DNA from: Camelus ferus
Lineage: Eukaryota
Direction of reading: 5' to 3'
Length of the DNA stretch: 64,000 nt
Assembly (NCBI RefSeq): GCF_009834535.1
Contig: NC_045705.1
Span: forward strand, 40,920,001-40,984,000
The position numbers and the translations under genes are program-made. Positions 1 to 13,306 of this stretch are shown in pieces; position 1 is the stretch's first letter; each line of letters starts with the position of its first letter. The notes under the pieces are model-generated. The model searched no databases and had not been told where the DNA came from. It saw only the letters and a program-made list of their open reading frames with translations.

Positions 1-885
1 AGACATTTTTCTAGAGAAGACATAAAGATGGCCAACAGGCACATGAAAAGATGTTCAACATTGCTAATCATTAGAGATACACAAATCAAACCCATAATGA
101 GATATCACCTCACACCTGTCAGGAAGGCTACCATCAAAAAANNNNNNNNNNNNNNNNNNNNNNNNNNNNNNNNNNNNNNNNNNNNNNNNNNNNNNNNNNN
201 NNNNNNNNNNNNNNNNNNNNNNNNNNNNNNNNNNNNNNNNNNNNNNNNNNNNNNNNNNNNNNNNNNNNNNNNNNNNNNNNNNNNNNNNNNNNNNNNNNNN
301 NNNNNNNNNNTCTGAAGAAAAAAGAAAGAAAACCCTAATTCAAAAAGATACATGCACTCCGTTGTTCACAGCAGCATTATTTACAATAGCCAAGATATGA
401 AAGCAGCCCAAGTGTCCACCAACAGATGAATAGATATACAATAGCATATTACTTAGCCATAAAAAGAATGAAATTCTGCCATTTGTAACAAAATGGATGG
501 ACCTAGAGAGTACTATACTTAGTGAAATAAGTCACTAAGAGAAAGACAAATACTGTATCACTTATACATGGAATCTAAAAAATAAAACAAACAAATGTAT
601 ATAACACAATAGAAATAGATTTACAGATACAGAAAACAAACTAGTGGCTACGAGCAGGGAGAGGGAAGAGCGGAGGGGCAAGATAGGATGGGGTTAAGAG
701 ATACAAACTACTATATATAAAATAAACAAGCAGCAAGGATATATTGTACAGCACAGGGGATTACACCATTATTTTATAATAACTTTGAATATAACTTTAA
801 ATAATCTATAAAAATATTGAATTACCATGCTGTACAACTGAAACTAATATAATATTGTAATCACCTATACATACATACATAAGTA
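1..885 (+). mobile_element. LINE-1 fragment (ORF2 C-terminus and 3' UTR), truncated by the window start
   Basis: Contains the L1 ORF2-end peptide [16 protein letters not shown]...RYHLTPVR and the hallmarks catgcactccgttgttcacagcagcattatttacaatagcc and atggatggacctagag. Confidence 0.9.
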
Positions 886-3800
886 AAACTAGTGATGGAA
901 CACTAGGATGCTGTTGCAGAAAAGCCTAATGTCTCCAAGAATGTGCTTGGCAGAAACAACAGCCAAAGCAGGGGGAAACGACCCCTGCGTCATTTGCATC
1001 TTCCAAATATAACTGCAGAGGAGTCTGGCAAATATAGTTTGTTTTTGTGTTTCTCTTATTTTAGCTTTTCCATTTCTACCATATAAGAAAGCAAAACATG
1101 TTAGAAGAGGGATTGAAATAGATGATGAGTACCAATCTATCAAATCCTCCTCAAAGATCATGACTTTATGGTACTTCATCATCAATACACACATTTATTG
1201 GACTTTCTATAGCAGCAGGTTGGAATACAGATGTTAGGGAAGGCAGCTGAATCAGGGCTGGGGTTTTGCTGAGTAGGTACAGCAGAAGGATGAGTACTAC
1301 AGAGGCCAGAGTGCTCATTTCCATATAGTTTGCCTGTTTACTAATGAAGTATTATTTGTAAAGGGTAGGGAGTATGACCATGAGGGGATTTTATGACTGG
1401 ATGAAAATTGAAGAATGACAGTGTCTAGGGTACTGTAGGATTTGTTTACAAGAACTATCTATTTGCATGGATTATGTGCAATTCTCAGTGTGCTAGCTGT
1501 ATTTCCATTCCTTTATTCTCCTCTCAAAAAAGCATTTTAGAAGGCAAATGAATGAGACTTATAGTATTGTGGACAAATCTGAAATCTCATTTCTTTTACT
1601 TTAAAATGACCAACATTCATAACCAACAAAAATAGTAACAAATTACTGGTATGCTTTCCAACTAATCAAGCCCCATAGTTGTTGCCCCTGAAGTGGAGAC
1701 TTGCTACTTCGGTGGGGAAAGGGACAGCAGGTGCAGAAGTTTCGGTGTTAGATATTTAGGAGGGTAGGAGCAGAGCTTTCCCTGTTCTGATGCGAAGGAC
1801 TCCACTTCTCAGGTGGAAAACTGCCTTCTCTCTCACTCCAGGCACCCCAGAGCCAAACTTGGCTGAGCAGCTCTTGCTTCCTATTGCCAGTTTCAAATCA
1901 TTCCTTTCCCTCTCTCCTTCACAAAGCTCAGCTCTTTAATTTTTTTTTAATACTGAAAATCTGCAGTCAAACACCGAGCTAGAGAAAAGAGTATACTGAA
2001 TCCCTATATACTCCTCGTCCAAATTTAAGTATTATCAAGATATACACTTTGCTAAAGTTGCTACAACCCCCTGCCTTTTTTTGCTGAATTATTTTAAAGT
2101 AAAAATCCTTAACATCATGCCATTTTCCCTCTACACATGTTAACATACATTTTTAACTGTAAGGTCATTTTCTCTGAAACCACAATGTCATGACTGCAAC
2201 TAGTCAAATTGTTATAAATTTCTTGGTTATCATTTAACCCCAGTCAATATGCAATTGTGTCAAAAATTTCTATCTACAGATGGCTTATTGAATAAGGATC
2301 CAAACAATTCTATGCATTCCTTATATCGCTCAAACTTCTTTCAATCTAAGACAGCATCCCTCCACCCCCTTTACACCACTGCCATTTGATTTTCTGAAGA
2401 AGCCAGGTCAGCTGTCCTGTTGAGTGTCCCATTTTCTGCATTTGTCTGCTTTCTTGTGGTGCTGTTTTACTCCCCACCTCCCCCTCTTCCCAGCCCCATA
2501 TTTCCTGTAAGCAGGAAGTTAGTTCTCAGAGCGCAGTTAGCTTAAGAGTCAACATTTTTGGCCAGAATACTTCCTAGGAGGTGCCACTCTTCATGGTGTC
2601 TCACATCAGGAGTCATATAAAGTCCACCTTTCCCATTTTCAGTGATGCTAAGATTGATCAATGTTTTCAAATGGTGACAGTCTAATTCCTCCATTGTAAA
2701 ATTCTCCATTAATCTTTTTCCTAATGGTTTCATCTAATGATAATCAGTGCCTGAATAAATTATTTCACTGGCTTACTCTTATTGCTTTACTTTTATTATT
2801 TGGTATTCTTCTGTGAAAAGCAACTTTATCTTACCACATATGGGCCATTTCGTTACCCTGAAATACAGGGAACAGGAAAAGTAGGATAAATGCTTACTCA
2901 CTGAAACTCTCTGGTTTCCTCTTCACCCAGTAAGATCTTATTTTAGGTCACCCAGTAAGTGACGTGATTTGAATCCAGGCAGTCTGATGCTAATGCACCC
3001 CTTCCCTCATTGCACTAACACTTTGGCTAGTTTCCTGATCACAAATCTGGGTTTCCAAAGGGCCTAGTGAAAGGATTTGACTGGGGTTGGGGGATGGGGA
3101 GGACTGAGCCAGATTATGAAGGCTTAGATTTCTGTAAGGGATGGAGGTAAATATGGATGTGAGCGTAATGGGATTAATCTAGCCACAGAGTCTTTTGTTA
3201 GAGTCTATTGTGACTGCTTATTCTGCAGCCCCGGATGGTGTGGCTGTTATGAAAGCAGTTTTCTTACCAAGAACAGGAAGTGCTATGAAGGCTTCAGAGC
3301 TACTTTCATGTTTTTGTTCTCTCTTCTCTTGGACAATTCTTACACATTCTACAGGCTTTAACTTAGCCACTACTAGGAAAAGCTTTCCCTAACTTGTTCT
3401 GCCTTATGTTAAGAAACCCTGCTGTGCACTCCCATGTCATTCTATCCTTCAGCATTTTTCTTACCCACTAGGATGCAAATTCAGTGAGGATAAGGTCTCT
3501 GTGTTGCTCATACTGTGTTCTAGTACTTAACACAGTGCCTAGCCAATAAATGGCTCTCAAATATATGTTAAATTAATGAGACGTATTAAATGAATGAACT
3601 ATTAATTAAATTTGAGTGATCAAAATGTCTTGGCCTGCCCTATCTCTACCATCTTTTCCTTTGCCTGTTAGGGTGAAACCAAAAACCAATACCCAATGCC
3701 TAAAAACTTGAATATATGAGAAAGCAGGCTTCCAAAATCTAAAATTCAAGTCTCACACAGACATGTGAAAAATCCATGAGAAAAGTTAATACATTCAAAT

Positions 3801-4399
3801 CTTTAAATATAGGAGAGAAATAGTAATCATTAGGAGACACTCCTTAGGGTAGAAAAAGATATAATCATTAACTGTATGTTGCTGAACACTTATGAAAGCA
3901 GCAGCTTCCAGCTGAATGGCCTGACCCAGATCTGTCAGGCCATATTTGGCTCTATATAAAACATGTCTTGTCTACTCAGTTCTTGGGGAAAGAAAAATCT
4001 GTAGGCTTTTTGAGTCATCTACATAAAAATAGAGCTTACTAGGAAGCAGTTATGTGGAAGATTCTTCTATTTTTAATTTTAATTTTATTATATTTTTGAA
4101 CTAATATATTCATATGGTTCCAAAGTCAAATGATATAAAATGGCAGACATTGAGAAGTTTCCTTTCCACTCCTATCCCTAACCATCCCTGCCCCCACACT
4201 CCTCTACACCACTAATAAACACTTTTATTAGCATTTACTTTTTCCAATATTTATACAGATGGAGGTACATATCTTTTCATTCTTATCCCTCTCTCATTCT
4301 CTCCCCCTTACACAAAGGTAATATATGACAGATATTCTTCACCCTGTTTTTTTGCCCTAATATATCCTGAAGGTATTTCTGTATCAGTACATAAAGAGC

Positions 4400-4480
4400 T
4401 TCTCCTTCCTTCCTTCTTTCTTTCCTTCCTTCCTTCCCTCCTTCCTTTTTCCCTCCCTCCCTCCTTTTCTTTCTTTCCCC
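4400..4480. repeat. (TTCC)n/(TCCC)n polypyrimidine repeat within an old L1 relic
   Basis: Read directly from the sequence. Confidence 0.85.
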
Positions 4481-5481
4481 TTTGCAATGTATTCCAAAGT
4501 ATGGAGGGCCCACAGTTTATTTAATTGGTTGCATATTGAAGGTATATAGGCCATTTCCATTCTTTTGCTATTACAAACAATTCTGTAATGAATAATCTTA
4601 AACATGAAAGGGAAGATTATTTTAGACTAGTGCAAATAAGAGTGGATTAGAGGATTAAATAGGGACAGTCTGGCAAATAGCTAAAACAAGTCCCTTTGTT
4701 GAACTGAGGAGTGAGAGGATACCGTAGTTAGCTGAATGCACAGTGAATGACCGGGGAGATATGTCCAATGGAAATTTTTTTTTCTTGGATTAGTTTTTTC
4801 CAAGTGGGATAAACAGAAGGTTTGGAAAGAACAAAATCAAGTAGGGAGAGTCATCTGTATAGCCCTAGGCCCTTAAATTCAATAAGATGTTGGGAAATAG
4901 CATCCAGTTTGTCCTTAGAGAGATGGACAAATTATTCGAAAAGCCCATTCTTGGCCAACTCCCCAAATTCCAACAACTTTTTTAAGAGGCTGAGATTTAT
5001 TAAAAAAAAAGAAAAAAGACTCCCTGCCTCATAAGGCCCTGTCAATCTAAGTGCAACAGAAACTGTTGAGGACCACCCAACATCTCTCTCCCTTATCCTT
5101 GCTGGCAAAGCTCTGCCTTTGTCAGGTAGCCTCATCTACTATATGCCATACAGACTGGCCTCAGGTATGTTGGTCTGCTTTAGAAAAGAGTTTTGTTTTG
5201 TTTTTTAAATTTCCCCTCAAGGGCAGTAGTTTGGAGGTGGTTGATTTACATTTTGTCAATTTGTTCCAATAAGCATCACTTTATAGGTCAGCATACCACA
5301 ATCACTAGTTGCTCATCCCCTAATCTGGTCTGAGTCACAGAGTAAACACATGATAAGCACTGAGAGAGTGGAACATAAAGTGCTGAGGAACACAGAGGGT
5401 GGAAATGCCTTTTTGTGGCTTGTTAGAAGTTAGTTTGTACAGTGGGAAAAACATGGGCTTTACAGCCAGAAAGTGGATCTA

Positions 5482-5620
5482 GGTACCTAATCTGCAGTGC
5501 CCAGTATAAAATGAAAATGTGGAGCCGCCTGCCACACAATTACTAAGAATCTCAAGGCAGTGGCCATAGAACCAAATGTGAGGTCCCTGTGCAGGTGCCA
5601 CACCCATGAAGCAGGTCCTG
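5482..5620 (-). mobile_element. MER91A-like hAT-Tip100 element
   Basis: The reverse complement reads caggacctgcttcatgggtgtg...ttttcattttatactgggcactgcagatt, matching the MER91 pattern. Confidence 0.65.
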
Positions 5621-6229
5621 CAAGAGGAACTTGGGTTCAAACGTCACTCTTGCCACCCCAAATCTCCCTGGCTTTGGGCAAGTCACCCTGAGTCTCACTT
5701 TTTTCATTTATAAAATAGTGATAACTGAACCTCCCTTGAAGAGTTGGTATGAGGGTGACAGGTAAAGCACTTGACACATGACAGGTTCACATTACTCTTA
5801 CTTTTTTAGTCTGTGTTGTGGGCTCTTTTCCTCAGATGTTCTCTGGGCATCCATCTTTCTGTTCTCATTACCCACCTTCTTTTTAGTATCTTTCAAAACG
5901 GTATTAGAGTGAACATTATGAAGTGGCTCATATCTAATCATTTGTGACCTACAAATTGGCAATTTTGTATGGTTCAGCCTAACACAAACTCCTTAGCATT
6001 ACTTTGAACAGGTCGGTCTTTAGACCCAGGTAACTAAGACCCTTTCTTTGGGCCCACGTTTTCGGGGCATGCACCTCTGTCCCCTTACCTTACCCACAGC
6101 CCATCCTCTTCCAAACACATCCTTCCTCATCTAACAAGGAGTCCCAGGGGGAAGTCCTCTACTATCCCACACTCCTGTACAGGGACCTCAGAATTCCCTA
6201 CCCAAATGGCCCTCGGCCCACTTCCAGGA

Positions 6230-6500
6230 CCGAGTTGGCCTCTTTTCAGCAGCCTCTTCCTCCTGCTTGCAGGCTGGGCACAAAACTTAAACGGGGGAGA
6301 CACTCAGGGGACAGCTGTTTACGGCGAGTGGGCGGAACCTGCACGGACAGGTGGGGGTGGAGGGGTGAAGGCAAGGTAGGAAATGCTGGCACGCATGCGT
6401 GCTAGGCTCCTCGCAAAGCTGCCGGAACCAGGGCGGGAGAAGGGCTAGTCTGCAGCTCCTGTTAGTGCGCTGCCCGTCTCCTCCTGCCTCTCCCCACAAT
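6230..6500. promoter_or_regulatory. Small CpG/GC-enriched promoter-like patch
   Basis: Local CpG excess, GC boxes (GGGCGG), an ETS core CCGGAA near 6422 and the 14-bp palindrome GCACGCATGCGTGC at 6389-6402. Confidence 0.5.
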
Positions 6501-6786
6501 TTAAAGGGCCAGAGGCTCTTTATATTCCGTCCAAACCTACTCTTCGTTTTATCTGTAGATGTGCTTCTCCATACCTCCTTCTAACCACTTATGATTTCCC
6601 CACATATTCTGGACATTTCAAAAAACCTCCGTGACTTTCTGTACGATGCTGTCTCAAACCTTTCTCCCTTTTCTCCATCTGATAAAATTCCACTATTTAC
6701 AAATCAGCGTAATATCAACTCCTGTGTTGGTCATCCCTGGCAGTCCTCTCTACCATCCCAACCCTAACCCCCAAACATTTTAGCTG

Positions 6787-6787
<1 letters not shown>

Positions 6788-6827
<40 letters not shown>
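6788..6827. repeat. (TG)20 microsatellite
   Basis: Twenty perfect TG units. Confidence 0.97.
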
Positions 6828-6831
<4 letters not shown>

Positions 6832-8306
6832 ACTCACTGTGATCTCATAACACTTCTTGAGAAAACACATCACCCTGTATGTAATTGCTTTTATGCCCCT
6901 AGAGTAGACTGTGCACAGGGAGCTTTTCTAGGGAAGAAAACTTGCATCTTCATGCTTATTCTTGGTGCCTACCCCCAGAGATTAGCACTCAGTAGACAAG
7001 TGAATGAAACTTCCAGTGTGATGTTGTCATCAAAATCCCAGCTCCCCAGTGGCCAAGTGGCCTTGAGCAAATTATTGAATCTGTTTCCTCTTCTTTGAAA
7101 TAGAAATGAACATAATTACCTTTGTCAGTGGTCTTAAGGATTAAATAAAACAACAGTATCCAAAGTGCTTCAGCACAATGATAAATAGTATGGCATAGAT
7201 AAAGGATAACCATAATTAAATTAGCTCCTATATTCTGACACTTGGTGATGTATAAGAGGAAGTAAATAGTCCTTTCAAGCCAGAAATGTAGATCCTTGAA
7301 ATTTGTATTTAAAATTACAATCTTAATAGAACTATGAGAAAATAGGTTTTAAAAATTGCTTTAGGTAACATAAGCGATGCTTAAAATTGTTTATTAAAAA
7401 GGTACCAAGTAATATTTTTAAAGTAAATCCAAATCACTAGGGAACCCTTGGCACTCTTGGCATTAAATGGGTGAGGAAAATACTACATCACAATTTTGAG
7501 AAGTATTCATAATAATGTTTCTATATCACTTAAATACAGGGAAATAAGGAAGCGTGTTAAAAACTTTATATAAGTATATAATAATTATTGTCTTTATAAC
7601 TACATTTAAGTATTCCTACAAAAAATGCTGTTAAGTATACATATATACGTTCCATTTAGATGATCTTCTAAAAAAGGAAATAGCTGCAAGAAAATACGCT
7701 AATAGAAACAGAACAATCAGTATTTGTTGCTATGTGTATCATATCCAGTCTGCTATGACTTGTTACCCCAAATTGGGGACTTCTATTAGCATATTGTGCA
7801 ATATTAAATGACACTACTGATATTTGCATTTTTGCATCTCTAAATCCTATTTTTATTAAGGCGAAAACCCAAGAAAATGGAATGTGATCTAAGCTTGCAG
7901 GAAAAATTTAAACTGGTTGATTTCACCTATTTGAATCTTACTGCTTACATAAGATGACTATAACAAAGTATGCCTACCTTGGAAAATAAATTAATGATCT
8001 CAATCTTCATTTTCCAAGCTAGCACAAATGAAGTGAAATGAAATGAAATGAAACAAAATAAAAAGGATACTGCCATATACCAGGTGAAACAAGCAATGGT
8101 TTGGCCAATTGCAAAATCAGATACTTTTTTTCCTGCAAGTTAGCCATGCTATTATTATGCTGGTAGCTATTTTAGCTTACAATCTCTACTACACTACAAG
8201 CCTACCTGTCTACATTGACTAATTATGCTAATTTTTTTCACAGTAGCACATCCCATTGCACACTTAAGATTCACTTAATTCCATAAGAGCTGCTAATTTT
8301 AAATCT

Positions 8307-8354
8307 TATGAAGATATCTGAGGTTGAGAATATGAAGATACCTGAGGTTGAGAA
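8307..8354. repeat. 24-bp tandem duplication with one mismatch, 3' of CCDC89
   Basis: TATGAAGATATCTGAGGTTGAGAA / TATGAAGATACCTGAGGTTGAGAA. Confidence 0.95.
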
Positions 8355-8628
8355 TGAATGAGCTATGAGGGAGGTGGAGAAACTGACAGCAAACAGGAAG
8401 ATTTCAAAGGCACAAAAAGAAATTTGGTAACTTGTGTATTTTAGGTAGTAGGACTGAAAATTAGTGTTATCTTTAACAATAGCAACAACAACATCATAGT
8501 AGTTTTTCTTTGAGTTGCCTTTTGTACTTAAAAGTATAATAAATGGAATACCATCTTTACTCTCGCCATTATGCAAAGGCACAAATATTTGAATTCTAAA
8601 TTAGAGGCGAGAGGAGGCAGAAGCTTCT

Positions 8629-9790
<1,162 letters not shown>

Positions 9791-9827
9791 CTACACGGTC
9801 TCCCCCTGACAGATTTCAAAAGCCACA

Positions 9828-9860
9828 CTGTTGCTAGGGCCTCTTGGCACTTCCTAGCAG
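9828..9860. promoter_or_regulatory. RFX (X-box)-like sites just 5' of CCDC89
   Basis: CTGTTGCTAGGG at 9828-9839 and an inverted partial copy CCTAGCAG at 9853-9860. Confidence 0.4.
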
Positions 9861-10789
9861 TTGTTTTTCATCTAGTAAGGAGCCCTGTGATTGGTAGACA
9901 GGTCTTCAGAATGCTATGAAGTAACAACAAGGGGGAGTCTACAACCAATCTGGACAGGTTATGCTTGCCTTTCTAACCAATCACAGGTCTCAGCTCACAG
10001 CCCAGTGACTGGCCTGTACTGTACAGAGATGCCAGCCCCACTTGGTTTCCAGCCAGCATCAAGGGAAGAAACCTGACTCCACCTAATTTCTAGTGGGAGT
10101 AAACAAATCACACTGGCAGTGACATATTCCTCTTCCCTCTCCCTGCTTCAGTGGGCATGAGAATAAGGTCCTGTCTGTGGAAATGGCTGGCTCCTTAACG
10201 TTTCCAATCTATAAATACAAAGTAGCAGTAGCACTCTGTAAGGACCCTAAATGGCTGTGAGTTTGTACCTGTAGTGTTGAACACAGCTCAGTGAAAGAAC
10301 GAACCTGTGAAATTTCTTTTGTTTTCTTTAGCATTGTCCCCAGCTGGGATTACATTTTATTAGATATTGAGCACTTCCTGTTTTTACCTATTAGCACAAC
10401 AGGGTTACAGAAAGAAGAACAATGTAGATGTGATAAACATTAAAAGAGAAAAAAGATCTAAATGAGGCTTATGGTTATATTCATCAAAGTCAATTCCAAA
10501 TGGATTTAATAGTTAAATGTAAATAGTAAAATTTAAAAAGTATGAAAAATGGAAACTAGAGGAAAATAAAGGTAAGGATAAAAGCTCTGGTCAGGAAGGA
10601 CTTTCTAAGCTTAAATATTATAAAATAAAGAGATAGATGACGTAAAGCTTAATTTGGCTTAGTTGAACATCTAAAGTTATATATAATTTAAAAAATTATG
10701 TGACCCTGAAGTTCTCTCTCTTCCTCTGGACTTGCCTGACATTTTACTCCCTGGCCCAATCCAGCTACTGAAGTTCCCCTGGCTGACCT

Positions 10790-11140
10790 GCATTCTGGCT
10801 CTGTCTTTAGGTCTTCCCTCTGCTTGAAATGCCTTTTCCCACCTTGTCCCTTGTCACTGTAGTATACTCAGCGTTTTATGCTAAGTTAAGAATCATCTCC
10901 TCTGTGAAGCCTTTCCTGGCCCCTACCCGTAGACTTGACCACTCACCTCTTTTAGTGCAGCCACTCTAGCCTATTTGCACTTCTAGTGGACCTTGTGAAA
11001 GCCTTATTGCCTTATTTTTTACCCACTTGCCTGCCTCTGTTAAACCTGGAGATCCTTAAGAGCAGGGACTCTGTTTCATCCTTGATGACTAGACCACTGC
11101 CTTTGGGAGACTCAGATAAATGTGTGTTGAATGGATGTTG
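10790..11140 (+). mobile_element. LINE-2 3' fragment
   Basis: ccctctgcttgaaatgccttttcc...ctcctctgtgaagcctttcctg...ctcagataaatgtgtgttgaatg. Confidence 0.65.
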
Positions 11141-11839
11141 AAGGCAAAATTCAAGTTGAGAAAAATATCTACTATAAATATGACAGACAATAGATTTATA
11201 TTTTTATAAAGAGCCTGTACAAATCAAGAAAGCATTAGCATCTTGAAAGAGAAATGAACAATTAAATTCACAGATGAGGGGACAGAAGTGGCCAAGAATT
11301 AAACCCTATCAGTGATCCAATAAATATAAATTAAAATTAGATATCATTTTACCTATCAAATTAGTCAAAAACTTCTTATTTTAAGACAACATCAAACTGG
11401 TAAGGGTATAGTGAAATAGGTACTTTCTTACTACTGTTGGTGAAAGTCAATTGATGACACGTATTGAGGACTTAAAACATCTTTAGGCATTTTGAACTAA
11501 TGATTGCCCTTCTGGGAAGATCTTTGCTCAGGAAATAGTCTGAAAGAAAAAATTTTGTTCAAAGTTTTTTTTTTTTTTAATCGTAGTGTGGTTCATACAA
11601 CTAAAAGTTGGAAAACGATATGCCCCTAAAAAGAAAATGTTAAGAAAATTATCACATTTTCATATAATAGAATATTATGTAGACATTAAACATTATTATG
11701 TTCATAGGTAATTTAATGGCATGAAAATGTGTATGTTAGGGAGGTAACTGAAAAAGGATTAAAAACGTTAAAATTCAGAATGATCATAATGATCACTAAG
11801 TGAAAATTTAAGCATAGAGTAAAGAGTTAGCTTATTCCT

Positions 11840-13306
11840 AGAAAGCCCAGAAATAAACCCACATACTTATGGTCAATTAATCTTCGACAAAGGAGGCAAG
11901 AATACACAATGGAGAAGACAGTCTCTTCGCAAGTGGTGTTGGGAAAATTGGATAGCAGCATGTAAATCAATGAAGTTAGAACACTCCCTCACTCCATACA
12001 GAAAAATAAACTCAAAATGGCTTAAAGACTTAAATATAAGACAAGACATGATAAATCTAGAAGAAAACATAGGCAAAACGTTCTCTGACATAAATCTTAG
12101 CAATGTTCTCCTAGGACAGTTTACCCAGGCNNNNNNNNNNNNNNNNNNNNNNNNNNNNNNNNNNNNNNNNNNNNNNNNNNNNNNNNNNNNNNNNNNNNNN
12201 NNNNNNNNNNNNNNNNNNNNNNNNNNNNNNNNNNNNNNNNNNNNNNNNNNNNNNNNNNNNNNNNNNAGGCTTAATTTCCAGAATATGTAAACAGCTTATA
12301 CAACTTACTAACATAAAAACAAACAACCCAATCCAAAAATGGGCAGAAGACCTAAACAGCAATTCTCCAGTGAAGACATATGAATGGCCAATAGGCACAT
12401 GAAAAAATGCTCAATATCACTAATTATCAGAGAAATACAAATCAAAACTACAACGAGGTATCACCTCTCACCAGTCAGAATGGCTATCATTCAAAAGTCC
12501 ATGAACAATAAATGCTGGAGAGGGTGTGGAGAAAGGGAACCCTCCTACACTGTTGGTGGGAATATAGTTTGGTGCAGCCATTATGGAAAAAATTATGGAG
12601 ATTCCTCAAAAAACTGAAAATAGACTTACTGTATGATCCAGCAATCCAACTTGTGGATATACATCCAGAGGGAACTCTAATTCGAAAAGATACATGCACC
12701 CAATGTTCACAGCAGCACTATATACAATAGCGAAGACATGGAAACACCCTAAATGTCCATTGACAGATGACTGGATAAAGAAGCGGTGGTATATTTCTAT
12801 AATGGAATACTACTCAGCCATAAAAAAGAATAAAATGCCATCTGCAGCAACGCAAATGGACCTAGAGATTGTCATTCTAAGTGAAGTAAGCCAGAAAGAG
12901 AAAGAAAAATACCATATGATATCACTCATATGTGGAATCTAAAAGAAAAGGAAAAAAAAGGACACTGTAAACTCATCTACAAAACAAAGTTTCACAGACA
13001 TACTAATCTTATCGTTACCAGGGAAAGGGGGTGGGAAGGGATAAATTTGGGAGTTTGAGATTTACAAATGTTAGCCACTACATATAAAAACAGATTTTTT
13101 AAAAAGTTTCTGCTGCATAGCACAGGGAACTATGTTCAATATCTTGTAATAATCTTTAATGAAAAAGAATATGAAAATGAATATAGGTATGTATGTACAT
13201 GACTGGGATATTGCCTGTACACCAGAAACAGACACATTGTAACTGATGATACTTCAATTAAAAAAAAAGAAAGTACCCAGGATATTGAACAAATTAAAAA
13301 AAAAAA
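11840..13306 (+). mobile_element. 5'-truncated, relatively young LINE-1 with a poly(A) tail and an imperfect target-site duplication
   Basis: Degraded ORF2 peptides are present at 11970-12942. A-tracts lie at about 13258-13268 and 13296-13306. The flanks are aaagagttagcttattcct (11821-11839) and aaagagttaggtattcct (13304-13321). Confidence 0.9.

Noticed and set aside
11970-12942. ORFs resembling a reverse-transcriptase C-terminus
   Set aside because: These are frameshifted pieces of a truncated L1 ORF2, not a functional gene.
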